Origin: Planctomycetota bacterium
Lineage (GTDB): Bacteria > Planctomycetota > UBA1135 > UBA2386
Assembly: GCA_965228735.1 (NCBI GenBank)
Contig: OZ245838.1
Span: forward strand, 3,395,997 to 3,459,996
Direction: 5' to 3'
DNA length: 64,000 nt
The translations under genes and the position numbers were made by a program. Positions 47,281-59,029 of this stretch are shown piece by piece (position 1 is the stretch's first letter; each line of letters starts with the position of its first letter). The notes beneath the pieces were generated by a model. That model saw only the letters and a list, made by a program, of their open reading frames with translations. It ran no database searches and was not told the DNA's origin.

Positions 47281-48315
47281 TCACCGCATGCGCGGCGGCC
47301 GCACGAGCAGGTTGCGCAGCAGGCGGGCGTTGCCCGGGTGTTCTCTCAGCCAGTTCCACCACAACGACACGCCGAGCGTGACGACCTCGCCGCCGCTGCG
47401 GGTGCGGGTGTAAGCGGCGAACGGTCCCGCGATGCTGTCGACCAGTGGTACCCCCCGTTCCTCTTCGATCCGAATCGTGGCCGGCCGCCGCACGACAACG
47501 GACTCGACGCCGACGGTCAGTGGATGTTCGGTCACCGCATCGAAAGTGATCGGACCGATTCCGAGTGGCGCGCGATCGATCATGGTCAACCCGAACGGCT
47601 CACAAACCCGGTTCGCCCCCCTGACCGTGTTCTCGTAGAACGAGTTGGCGCATAGGACGACGCGCCCGCCACCGCAAACGAAGCCCTGCAGCCGAGCCGC
47701 GTCGCCGTCCGTCAATCGCGTGAGTGACGACTCACCGACCAGAACGATGTCGACGCGTGCCAGGTGCTCCGGCGCAAACGGGCTCTCGCTCGGACGGCGA
47801 AGGCGATAGTCGACGTCGAAGCGGCCACGCGCGACGAAGTCACGCCAGGCGTCGAACGCGGCCACCTCGTTCGACGCGTAGGTCTCGAACGGTGATTCCG
47901 CGACGAGGATGCGGCTGCCGCGCGGCGGGCTCTCACGAACGGTCCACCGGACCTTGATGATGGCGCGTTCCCTCCCGCGGACCACGGGGATCTCGCGTGT
48001 GAACTCACCTTCGACACTCGTCGGAACAGCGAAACCCAGCTCGGTGACGATCTCATCCTTGCCACGTCGATAGGTTCGTTCGAGCAGCGGCCGAAACCCC
48101 GACGGCAGTTCGGTCTTCGGATCCGGCTGACGCTCCATGTCCGTCCACCAGATCCCGGTCGACGCTTCGCAGACCGAACCGACGCACAGCGTGCCGAGCT
48201 CGAGCACCGGCGGCTGGACCCGGGGTGCCGCATCCTGCGCGAGGACGGATCCGGTCGGGACCATGAGGAGCCACACCGCGAGAGCACGCATGACGGCGGA
48301 ACATACCGCGGTCAA
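47281..48315 (-). CDS. Secreted hypothetical protein; C-terminal region possibly class-I glutamine-amidotransferase-like (ThuA/DUF4159-like)
   Basis: Signal peptide. Segment DIVLVGESSLTRLTDGDAARLQGFVCGGGRVVLCANSFYE is reminiscent of the ThuA/DUF4159 'GGG...C' core. Weak. Confidence 0.4.
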   Translation of the reverse strand: MTAVCSAVMRALAVWLLMVPTGSVLAQDAAPRVQPPVLELGTLCVGSVCEASTGIWWTDMERQPDPKTELPSGFRPLLERTYRRGKDEIVTELGFAVPTSVEGEFTREIPVVRGRERAIIKVRWTVRESPPRGSRILVAESPFETYASNEVAAFDAWRDFVARGRFDVDYRLRRPSESPFAPEHLARVDIVLVGESSLTRLTDGDAARLQGFVCGGGRVVLCANSFYENTVRGANRVCEPFGLTMIDRAPLGIGPITFDAVTEHPLTVGVESVVVRRPATIRIEEERGVPLVDSIAGPFAAYTRTRSGGEVVTLGVSLWWNWLREHPGNARLLRNLLVRPPRMR

Positions 48316-48493
48316 TCGCGTTCATGTTCGGGCAGATTGCGGCAGCCCCACTCACACCCGGTCCGAGCGCCCGGGTCTGCCATCATGCCGTCGAGCAGCG
48401 CCTGGGCCTCGTCGTCCGCCCGACCCGTTCCCACTCCCACGCCGCGTTCTTCACCCGCGACGGGTTACCTCTGCCGCACCGCACCGGGAGAGC

Positions 48494-48530
48494 GGCGCAC
48501 GGGGAGTGGCGCACGGGGAGTGGCGCACGA
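48494..48530. repeat. Tandem 14-bp repeat (ggcgcacggggagt) x 2.6 in the 3' region downstream of ileS
   Basis: Read directly: ggcgcacggggagt ggcgcacggggagt ggcgcacga, ~30 nt beyond the ileS stop (minus strand). Confidence 0.5.
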
Positions 48531-48560
48531 ACTCGGCGCGCGTGACGACGGCCGTTCGGA

Positions 48561-51719
<3,159 letters not shown>

Positions 51720-51785
51720 CGGGGTGAGCAGTGTGACGACTCACCCCCTCGTTGGCAATCGCGAGGGTCCCTCGGGGCCCGTCGG

Positions 51786-54740
51786 TCAGCGCACCCGTCG
51801 GAGTTCGACCACCGCGGCGGCGTGGCGCCGAGCCAACGAACCGACGACGACCTCGCCCCGCCAACCGGCGCCCGACTCGGCCTGGACGTCGAGGTCGAAC
51901 GTGCCGACGGGCAAGAACGCCATCACGCTCGGTGGCGCGTCACGCAGCACCGTGAACTCACCGAACACGCGGCCGTCGCGGCGCCGGCGCAGGCCGATGT
52001 GCAGCACCTCGTGGCCGAACGCCTCGTCGGCCTTCAGAGCGAGCGCGCGACGGGTGACGGCTTCGACCTCGAGGTCGAGCTCGGTTGCCTCGCCTTCTTC
52101 GACCTCGAACGGCACGCCGTTGACCCATGCGAAGTCCTCGCCCATCGCGTAGAGCCGGAACGAACCGACGGGCACCCGCAGCTCACCGGTCGCTGATTCG
52201 GCCCGTGCGTAGCGCCGGGGTGCCGGCGCGCTGACGACGGTGACCACGGCGCCCGCGATGGGCCGGCCGTCGCTGCGCCGCAGTCGATACCGGACGAGGC
52301 CGCTCGGACCCGCCCGCAACACCACGTCGGCAGGAACGCCCGCAGCGAGGACGACGTGGTCGTTCCGCACCGCGGGCTGCGTCGGGTCCGTGCTCTCGAC
52401 GAACACGGAGTAGGAGCCCGGCGCGAGCGCCGGAACGGCGAAGTAACCGCTTCGGTCCGTGCTCGCGCACTCCCAGAACACGTCGGTGTGACAGCGCAGG
52501 TAGACCCGCCCGAACGGGATCGGCGTATCGCCGACGCCGAGGCAGCGGCCGCGGAGCCCGGCGGTCGGCCGCCACCGCTCCGGCACGGTCACGGCGACAC
52601 CCGTGCTCGTCGTGCGGATGCTCCCGGGCTCGACGTCGTGCCACACCGGATCGCCCGCGGCCCGCACGCGCAGCCGCACCGGCCCCTCGCGCTCCCGCAG
52701 GTCACACCGGCCGTCCTCGTCGGTGACCGCCTCCTCGACGCTCGGGATCAACGCCGAACGCGTGCTGGTCTGACAACGCACGTTCCACCCCGCGGCCGGC
52801 GCGCCATCCGAGAAGGCAACCTCGGCCACGAACCGCGGCTCGATCGGCAACTCGATCACGAGCGGATCCTGCGCGCCGACGCCGCCGTCGAGCACGACGC
52901 GGCGAGCAGCGTGGCCCGGCGCGCGCGCGCACACGACTCCGTGGCCCGCCGGCAGATCGAACCGGAACGTGCCGTCCGCCGCGACCTGCAACCCGACGAC
53001 CTGATCGCGGTCCGGCCCGCGATAGACGACCTCGGCGCTCGCCAGCGCGGCGCCTGCCGAGTCGATTACCCGGCCCCGCAGCGTGCGGGCTTCGCGCATC
53101 GTGAGGGCCAGTTCGACGGTCTCGTCGGTCGCGATCGTGACCGATCTGGCGACCGCCTGCCGCCCCCGGACGCGGGCGTAGATCTCGTGCTCACCCGGCG
53201 GCAGCCAGAGCGGCCCGAACCGGCCGTGAGCATCCGTTCGCACGGTCACCGTCGGCGCCGCCTGCATCTCGACTCCGTCCGGCAATCCCACGGCCGCGAA
53301 CTCCGGCGCCGCACCAGCGGTCACGGCGACGTCCGCGCACGGGCGACCGGCCGGATCGCACAGCGTCCCCGAGACCGCGCCGGCCGGCGCGAGGCGCAGC
53401 CTGAGTTCGCCACCATCGCGCGCGCACGGCCGCGGCGGCGCCACGGCGTGCGGAGCCATGGCAGCAACGATCGCGACCCGCGGCATCGCGCCCAGGGCGA
53501 ATCGACCCGCAGCGTCCGTGCGAGTCACCACGCCGCCGCCGAACGCATCGTCGACGGCCGCGAGCCAGACAGCGGCCCCCGCGGCGGGCTCACCATCGCG
53601 ACCGATCACGACGCCGCGCCGGGTGGGCCCGTTCGCGACCAGCTGCACGACGCCGGCGTCGCGCGCGGGGTCGAGCGACCGCTCCTGACCACGGTCGCTG
53701 CGCAGCCGCACGCGTCGCCCGATCAACCCGTCGAACCGAACGCTGCCGTCGATCGCCGTGACACCGCGGCGGCGCGCGGCGAGCGGGTCTTCACCGCTGA
53801 CCGGCTCGACCCATACGCCGACCCCGGGAACCGCTTCGCCGTCGCGGTCGCGAACCTGCACGACGAGGCCGTTCCCGGCCGTCTTCGAAGCTGCCGGCAT
53901 CGGTACCGGAAACCGCGAGTCAATCGCGGCATCGGCAGCATGCGGGGTCGCGTCACCCCGCGGGTCGCCCGCCGGGTCACCCCCGGAGTCACGCTGGGCC
54001 ACGGCCGCGCCCCGCGGCGCGGGTTCCGAGGCCCCGGAGAAGGGCACGACGGCCAGCGCGACGACGACGAGCGCCGCGACGGCGCCGAACGAGGTCGCCC
54101 GAGCCGGCCCCCGCCCCCACCAACGTCGCGGGCACGCGCTGGTCCGTTGCCCAGGAACGGCGGTCGCGAGCAACAACGCCAACAACGCCGGCGTCAATCC
54201 TCGCGGCAACCGCCGCCGCAGTTCGCGGAGGCCGCGAAACAGGTGAACCCGCGTCGTCGCCTGCAGCCGGCCGAGACGCCTGCTGACCTCGCGCGGCGTC
54301 AGGCCTTCGAGCACGTGGAGCTCGAGCGCGACCCGATAGTGCTCCGGCACGCTCGCGATCGCACGCCGGAGCAGGGCGTGCAGTTCGCTGCCCGCGGCCG
54401 CGTCGACCGGGCTGTCGGTCGACGCCGAGCGATCGAGTGCCCACGCCTGCTGATGGCGATGCCGCCGGGCCTCGCTGCGAACGTGGTTGGCGATCTTGCG
54501 CGTGAGGATGCCCTGCAGCCACGGCAAGAGCGGCTGCGACGCATCGTACGCCGCCGACCGCTGCACCGCCGTCACCATCGTCTCGTGCACGAGCTCCTCG
54601 ACGAGGTCCGCGGAGAGGGCGAACCGCATGGCGAAGCTGCGGAGCCGCGGCGAACAACGCCGGACGACCGCGGCCAGCGCGTTCTCGTCGCCGTCGTCGA
54701 GGAAGCGGCGGAACAGGATCTCGTGTGTGTCGACGGCCAC
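51786..54740 (-). CDS. Membrane-tethered ECF sigma factor: sigma70 regions 2 and 4 fused to TM helices and a ~700-aa extracytoplasmic beta-sandwich-repeat region
   Basis: Region 2 (DLVEELVHETMVTAVQRSAAYDASQPLLPWLQGILTRKIANHVRSEARR). Region 4 (LTPREVSRRLGRLQATTRVHLFRGLRELRRRL). TM segments (LTPALLALLLATAV; FGAVAALVVVALAVVPF). Then repeated carboxypeptidase-regulatory-like/Ig-like segments (GRVIDSAGAALASAEVV, GTLCDPAGRPCADVAV...). Confidence 0.7.
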   Translation of the reverse strand: MAVDTHEILFRRFLDDGDENALAAVVRRCSPRLRSFAMRFALSADLVEELVHETMVTAVQRSAAYDASQPLLPWLQGILTRKIANHVRSEARRHRHQQAWALDRSASTDSPVDAAAGSELHALLRRAIASVPEHYRVALELHVLEGLTPREVSRRLGRLQATTRVHLFRGLRELRRRLPRGLTPALLALLLATAVPGQRTSACPRRWWGRGPARATSFGAVAALVVVALAVVPFSGASEPAPRGAAVAQRDSGGDPAGDPRGDATPHAADAAIDSRFPVPMPAASKTAGNGLVVQVRDRDGEAVPGVGVWVEPVSGEDPLAARRRGVTAIDGSVRFDGLIGRRVRLRSDRGQERSLDPARDAGVVQLVANGPTRRGVVIGRDGEPAAGAAVWLAAVDDAFGGGVVTRTDAAGRFALGAMPRVAIVAAMAPHAVAPPRPCARDGGELRLRLAPAGAVSGTLCDPAGRPCADVAVTAGAAPEFAAVGLPDGVEMQAAPTVTVRTDAHGRFGPLWLPPGEHEIYARVRGRQAVARSVTIATDETVELALTMREARTLRGRVIDSAGAALASAEVVYRGPDRDQVVGLQVAADGTFRFDLPAGHGVVCARAPGHAARRVVLDGGVGAQDPLVIELPIEPRFVAEVAFSDGAPAAGWNVRCQTSTRSALIPSVEEAVTDEDGRCDLREREGPVRLRVRAAGDPVWHDVEPGSIRTTSTGVAVTVPERWRPTAGLRGRCLGVGDTPIPFGRVYLRCHTDVFWECASTDRSGYFAVPALAPGSYSVFVESTDPTQPAVRNDHVVLAAGVPADVVLRAGPSGLVRYRLRRSDGRPIAGAVVTVVSAPAPRRYARAESATGELRVPVGSFRLYAMGEDFAWVNGVPFEVEEGEATELDLEVEAVTRRALALKADEAFGHEVLHIGLRRRRDGRVFGEFTVLRDAPPSVMAFLPVGTFDLDVQAESGAGWRGEVVVGSLARRHAAAVVELRRVR

Positions 54741-54744
54741 CCGG

Positions 54745-55863
54745 CTACTGGATGATGCGGACCGCGGCGGGCTCGGAGGCCGCGACCGTCGGATAGTACG
54801 TGAACCACGCGAAGTTCACGGTTTGTCCGAGCAAGACCGCCGGCACCGGGACCTGGGTATCGAACGACGCATTCGCCGTACCGTCGGCCGACAACGTGCC
54901 GAGGAATCCCGGCAGCGCCGCGGTGCCGAGGCCGCCCGCAAGCGCGCCGAGGAACCAGTCGGAGTTGAGCGGCAGCGTCACGCCGCCGAGCGGGATGCCG
55001 GGCGTCGTCCCGGAGATCGACCCGAGCAGCGCGTACGCATCGCCGGCGCCCTCGCCGTAGAGCCGCAGCGTGAGCGTCTCGCGGCGGTTGATCCGCAGTT
55101 CTTCGAGATCGACGGAGAGGCTGTTCGGGGCCGTCCGTTCGCGGACCGTGAAGTTGTCGAAGACGAGGCTGTCGTCACCGGCGCCATGGAGCGTGAGCTG
55201 CGTGAAGCCGTGCGCCGGCAGGTTGGTGAGCGTCGCGGTCGGCTGACCCGTCGCGACGAGCTGACCGTCGATGTAGAGCGCGGTCGCGTCGCCGATGATG
55301 TCGACGACGGTGCGCGTGTGATGCCAGGTGTCACGCGTCACGAAGTAGCCGGTCGGACTCCAGACGCGATTGCTCGTCGACATGAAGTGCACCTCACCGT
55401 CGCTCTGGATGTCCCAGAGGAGCTGCGAGGACCACGGGTGCGGCGCCGGCTGGGTGTAGAACCCCCACGCCGTCGAGGGCTGGCTGCTGCTCGTCAGGTA
55501 GAAGTCGAACTCGACCTCGATCACGCCGGTCGAGAGGTTGAAGAGCGCGTTCCGGCGCAGCTCGCCGGTCGCGCCTGGCGCCATCTGCGACGCGTCCCAG
55601 CGAACGGCCTGTTCGCCGCTGCGGACGACCGTCGATTGGATCTGCGCGGCGGCCAGATTGGGGATGCCCTGGACGCTGTCGAACAGCATCCAGCCATCCT
55701 GCCCGCTGGTCATCGAGATGCCGGGCAACGCGCCGGGCACGTAGCGCGGCGCCTCGAACGAGCCGGCCGAGAACGACCCGTACTGACTTTGCGCCGAAGC
55801 GGCATCGAGCGGCAGGAGGAGGAGAACGGAGAGCGGGAGAGATCCCGAGAGCAGGTGTTTCAT
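54745..55863 (-). CDS. Secreted concanavalin-A-like (LamG/jelly-roll) protein with the shared C-terminal domain
   Basis: Signal peptide (MKHLLSGSLPLSVLLLLPLDAASAQ). Lectin/glucanase-like beta-sandwich composition. C-terminal AYALLGSISGTTPGIPLGGVTLPLNSD...LLGQTVNFAWFTY. Stop is 4 nt before the ECF-sigma start. Confidence 0.6.
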   Translation of the reverse strand: MKHLLSGSLPLSVLLLLPLDAASAQSQYGSFSAGSFEAPRYVPGALPGISMTSGQDGWMLFDSVQGIPNLAAAQIQSTVVRSGEQAVRWDASQMAPGATGELRRNALFNLSTGVIEVEFDFYLTSSSQPSTAWGFYTQPAPHPWSSQLLWDIQSDGEVHFMSTSNRVWSPTGYFVTRDTWHHTRTVVDIIGDATALYIDGQLVATGQPTATLTNLPAHGFTQLTLHGAGDDSLVFDNFTVRERTAPNSLSVDLEELRINRRETLTLRLYGEGAGDAYALLGSISGTTPGIPLGGVTLPLNSDWFLGALAGGLGTAALPGFLGTLSADGTANASFDTQVPVPAVLLGQTVNFAWFTYYPTVAASEPAAVRIIQ

Positions 55864-55970
55864 CGCGATCGAGAGGCGACCAGGGGAAATGGGGGGTCCC
55901 CGGGTTGGCCCGCGAGCGAACGACCGTTTCAGAATTCCCGATCAGTCGATCGGGTGCGTACCTACCCGCC

Positions 55971-56645
55971 CTACAGCCGCACCGTCATGCCGAAGAGGAC
56001 GCCGCTCATGTCGATGTCGACGTCGCCGTTCGTGGCCGTGATGTCGTCGTATTCGCCCTCCCAGTCGTGATAGGCGACGAAGAGGTCGAGCTCCTCGGTG
56101 GGCGTGAACTTCAGGCCGGCCTCGAAGTGGCCGGCGTAGCCGTCGTCGAGCAGGTGCGCCTTGGCCCGCATGTAGGGGCCGATCCACTCGCGCAGGCGGA
56201 CGCGGGCTTCGAAGCCGAAGAACGGGCCGTAGTAGTTCTTGCGGACGTCGAACATCGGGTTGTCGTCGAACTCGATCCGGTCGACGCCGAAGCCGAACAG
56301 GCCGAAGGCCTCGACGCGGCGCGCGCGGAAGCCCGGCTTGTAGGCCACGCCGGCGTGCGCGAGCCGGTAGTCGGCGTCGCCGAGGCCGCCGCCGAGGTCG
56401 GTGTCACCGAGTCCGCCCGTGACGTCGAGCTCGAAGTACTGGCGAAATCCGCCGCGGCGCCCGTTCTCCGGGCGCGGGCCCGACATCGGGGCCGACAGAT
56501 CGAAGTCGAAGCGCGCCGCCGCGAACACGGCGCCGGTGTCCTCGGCGTCCACATCCGAACTCACGCAGCCGCCGAGGCCCAGGAACACCACGACGGAGAA
56601 CACCGTGGCGAGGAGCGGACAGACCATCGTTCGCCGGGTCGTCAT
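55971..56645 (-). CDS. Hypothetical lipoprotein / outer-membrane protein
   Basis: Start MTTRRTMVCPLLATVFSVVVFLGLGGC (lipobox LGGC). Gly/aromatic-rich, beta-strand-like periodicity. Confidence 0.45.
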   Translation of the reverse strand: MTTRRTMVCPLLATVFSVVVFLGLGGCVSSDVDAEDTGAVFAAARFDFDLSAPMSGPRPENGRRGGFRQYFELDVTGGLGDTDLGGGLGDADYRLAHAGVAYKPGFRARRVEAFGLFGFGVDRIEFDDNPMFDVRKNYYGPFFGFEARVRLREWIGPYMRAKAHLLDDGYAGHFEAGLKFTPTEELDLFVAYHDWEGEYDDITATNGDVDIDMSGVLFGMTVRL

Positions 56646-56716
56646 GGCCGCGCAGTGTAGTTGGCGGCGGACCGCGAATCCCCCCTTCGGCCGAGCGGCG
56701 TGCTCCTCCAGACCGT

Positions 56717-57214
56717 TTACCGCTGATCCTCGGGCAACGATCCGTGGTCCATGACCTCGACCGAGTTGCCCCACGGATCGACGACGTAGACCGAGCGGGT
56801 GCCGTCGCGGTGCGCGGTCAGCGGGCCGAACTTCTTGGCATCCTTGCGCACGACGCAGAGATGCGGCGGGTGCTGTTGCGGCACCACGAGCGCGAGGCGC
56901 AGGTTGTCGAACCGCAGCATCGCCCAAGTCGCGTCCTGATACTCGACCTCACAGCCGAACACGGATGCATACCACTCCGCCGCCGCCTTGATGTCCTCGA
57001 CCTGGACCGCGACGTGATGCACCGTGCTCGTGCGGCGGTCCTTGACCGAGCTCGCGACGAAGTCGAGGCGCGCATCGGGGTGCGCGAGCAGGCGCCGGAC
57101 CTCCGCCGCTGTCGCAGGATCGCTCGCCGCGACCTTTTGCAGCATGCGCTCGCGTTCGGCTTCGGGCAGGTCGAGCGCCAGCTCGAAGTATTGATCGACG
57201 TCGGACATGTCCAT
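56717..57214 (-). CDS. VOC/glyoxalase-bleomycin-resistance family protein with a short N-terminal helical extension
   Basis: HHVAVQVEDIKAAAEWYASVFGCEV ... SVYVVDPWGNSVEVM glyoxalase-like beta-alpha-beta-beta-beta modules. Start MDMSDVDQYFELAL. The upstream part of the long ORF is antisense to the ASST-like gene. Confidence 0.65.
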   Translation of the reverse strand: MDMSDVDQYFELALDLPEAERERMLQKVAASDPATAAEVRRLLAHPDARLDFVASSVKDRRTSTVHHVAVQVEDIKAAAEWYASVFGCEVEYQDATWAMLRFDNLRLALVVPQQHPPHLCVVRKDAKKFGPLTAHRDGTRSVYVVDPWGNSVEVMDHGSLPEDQR

Positions 57215-57319
57215 GGGCGTTCTCTGACTTGCGATTCTCCGAATCGTCTCGGCCGGATGCAATCGGGTGGGCGCTCCCGGGGGGTGTCCACCCTTCGGCG
57301 AATCACCCATGATGCCGCC

Positions 57320-58927
57320 ATGAAGGAGCCAATTCTCGCCGCGATGGTCGTCACGGTTCTCGCGCCGAACGCGTTCGCCCAGGCCCCCGGCCTGCGCATC
57401 TTTCAATCCATCCCCGCCGGCGAGACGCGGATCGTCGACAACCAGGGCACGATCGTGAAGACCTACCCCGGCACCGGCGCGCTGACCGCGCACGTGATGC
57501 CAGACGGCACGCTCGTGCGCGCGATCCAGATCGGCGGGCTCACCGTGACGGGCATGACGGGGCGGATCGAGCGGCTCGCGTTCGACGGCACGCTCCTCTG
57601 GCAATACCAGCTGGCCGGGCCGTTCCGCTACGCGCATCACGACATCGAACCGATGCCGAACGGCAACGTGCTCGTGATCGCGTGGGATCGCCGCACGCGC
57701 GACGACGCGATCGCGGCCGGGCGCGACCCGGCGTCGGCGACGGCGCCGGACTTCCTGCCCGACTCCATCCTCGAGATCCAGCAGACGGGCCCGACGACGG
57801 GGAACATCGTCTGGGAGTGGCACATCTGGGATCACCTGATCCAGGACTTCGACCCGACGAAGGCGAACTACGGCGACGTCGCCGCCCACCCCGAACTCGT
57901 CGACATCAACTACCCCCCGCTCGTGCTAGGTGACGGTGACTGGAACCACGCCAACGGTCTGGACTACGACCCGGTGAACGACTGGATCATCCTGAGCTCG
58001 CGGGCGCAGGACGAGATCTACCTGATCGATCATTCGACGACGACCGCGGAGGCGGCGGATCACACGGGCGGTCGGCGCGGCAAGGGCGGCGACATCCTCT
58101 ACCGCTGGGGCAACCCGGCGGCCTACCGCGCGGGCACGGCAGCGCACCAACAGCTCGACGGGCAACACGACCCGCGGTTCATCCCGCCGGGTTTCCCGGG
58201 CGCTGGCAATCTCACGGTCTTCAACAACGTCTACCAGGCGGGGCAGTCCGCGGTTCACGAGCTCACCCTGCCGCTCGATCCGCAGGGCAACATCGAGCTC
58301 GATCCGACGACCGGGCGATACGGGCCGACCGCGCCGACGTGGACGTTCACCGAGGCCGGCTTCTTCTCGCAGGTGACGTCGAGCGCCGAGCGCCTGCCGA
58401 CCGGCAACACGCTGATCTGCAGCGGCACGCAGCGAGAGTTGCGCGAGGTCACGCCGGCCGGTCAGACGGTGTGGCTGTTCGCGGATCCGTCGAACCCGTT
58501 CCTGCTGTTCCAGACCCACTACGTCGAACGCGCGCTCTGGGCCTCGCGCGCGAAGCTGCCGATCGCTGGCGGTCACGTCGCGTTCGATCTGCTGACCGGG
58601 TCGGCGCACGCCGGCGAGACCTATCTGCTGCTCGGTTCGATCTCGGGAACGGGCCCGGGAACGCTGCTCCCCGGGGGTGTCGTCCTGCCACTCAACCTCG
58701 ACTACTTCACCCTGGCCATGGCGACCACGTTCAACAACGCGCTGTTCGTCGACAACGTCGGCGCGCTCGATGCGGTCGGCGGCGGCAGGGCCGCGATCGT
58801 CGCGCCCCCCGGGCTGATCCCCACCGCACTCGTCGGGATCGACATGGACTTCGCCTACGTCACCTGGGACGCGGCGTTCTCGCCGGTGCGCGCCAGCAAC
58901 CCCGTGCGGGTCACGATCGTGCGGTAG
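57320..58927 (+). CDS. Secreted arylsulfotransferase (ASST)-like beta-propeller protein with the shared C-terminal domain
   Basis: Signal peptide (MKEPILAAMVVTVLAPNAFAQA). ASST-family hallmarks (YAHHDIEPMPNGNVLVIAWD, WEWHIWDH, DWNHANGLDYDP, RLPTGNTLICSG). C-terminal TYLLLGSISGTGPGTLLPGGVVLPLNLD...LVGIDMDFAYVTWD. Confidence 0.7.
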   Translation: MKEPILAAMVVTVLAPNAFAQAPGLRIFQSIPAGETRIVDNQGTIVKTYPGTGALTAHVMPDGTLVRAIQIGGLTVTGMTGRIERLAFDGTLLWQYQLAGPFRYAHHDIEPMPNGNVLVIAWDRRTRDDAIAAGRDPASATAPDFLPDSILEIQQTGPTTGNIVWEWHIWDHLIQDFDPTKANYGDVAAHPELVDINYPPLVLGDGDWNHANGLDYDPVNDWIILSSRAQDEIYLIDHSTTTAEAADHTGGRRGKGGDILYRWGNPAAYRAGTAAHQQLDGQHDPRFIPPGFPGAGNLTVFNNVYQAGQSAVHELTLPLDPQGNIELDPTTGRYGPTAPTWTFTEAGFFSQVTSSAERLPTGNTLICSGTQRELREVTPAGQTVWLFADPSNPFLLFQTHYVERALWASRAKLPIAGGHVAFDLLTGSAHAGETYLLLGSISGTGPGTLLPGGVVLPLNLDYFTLAMATTFNNALFVDNVGALDAVGGGRAAIVAPPGLIPTALVGIDMDFAYVTWDAAFSPVRASNPVRVTIVR

Positions 58928-59029
58928 CCTGCTGCTGGCGATTGCGCCGCAGCAGTAACGCGTTCCGCCGCTCGCATCGCTGCATTCCGGTGGGCTTGCG
59001 CAAACCCGGCGCCCGGCAATGCTGAGCCG

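Noticed and set aside
56717-57889. 390-aa minus-strand ORF as one gene
   Set aside because: Only the distal 165 codons (56717-57214) form a VOC/glyoxalase fold with a proper Met start. The upstream part is antisense to the ASST-like gene and Arg-rich.
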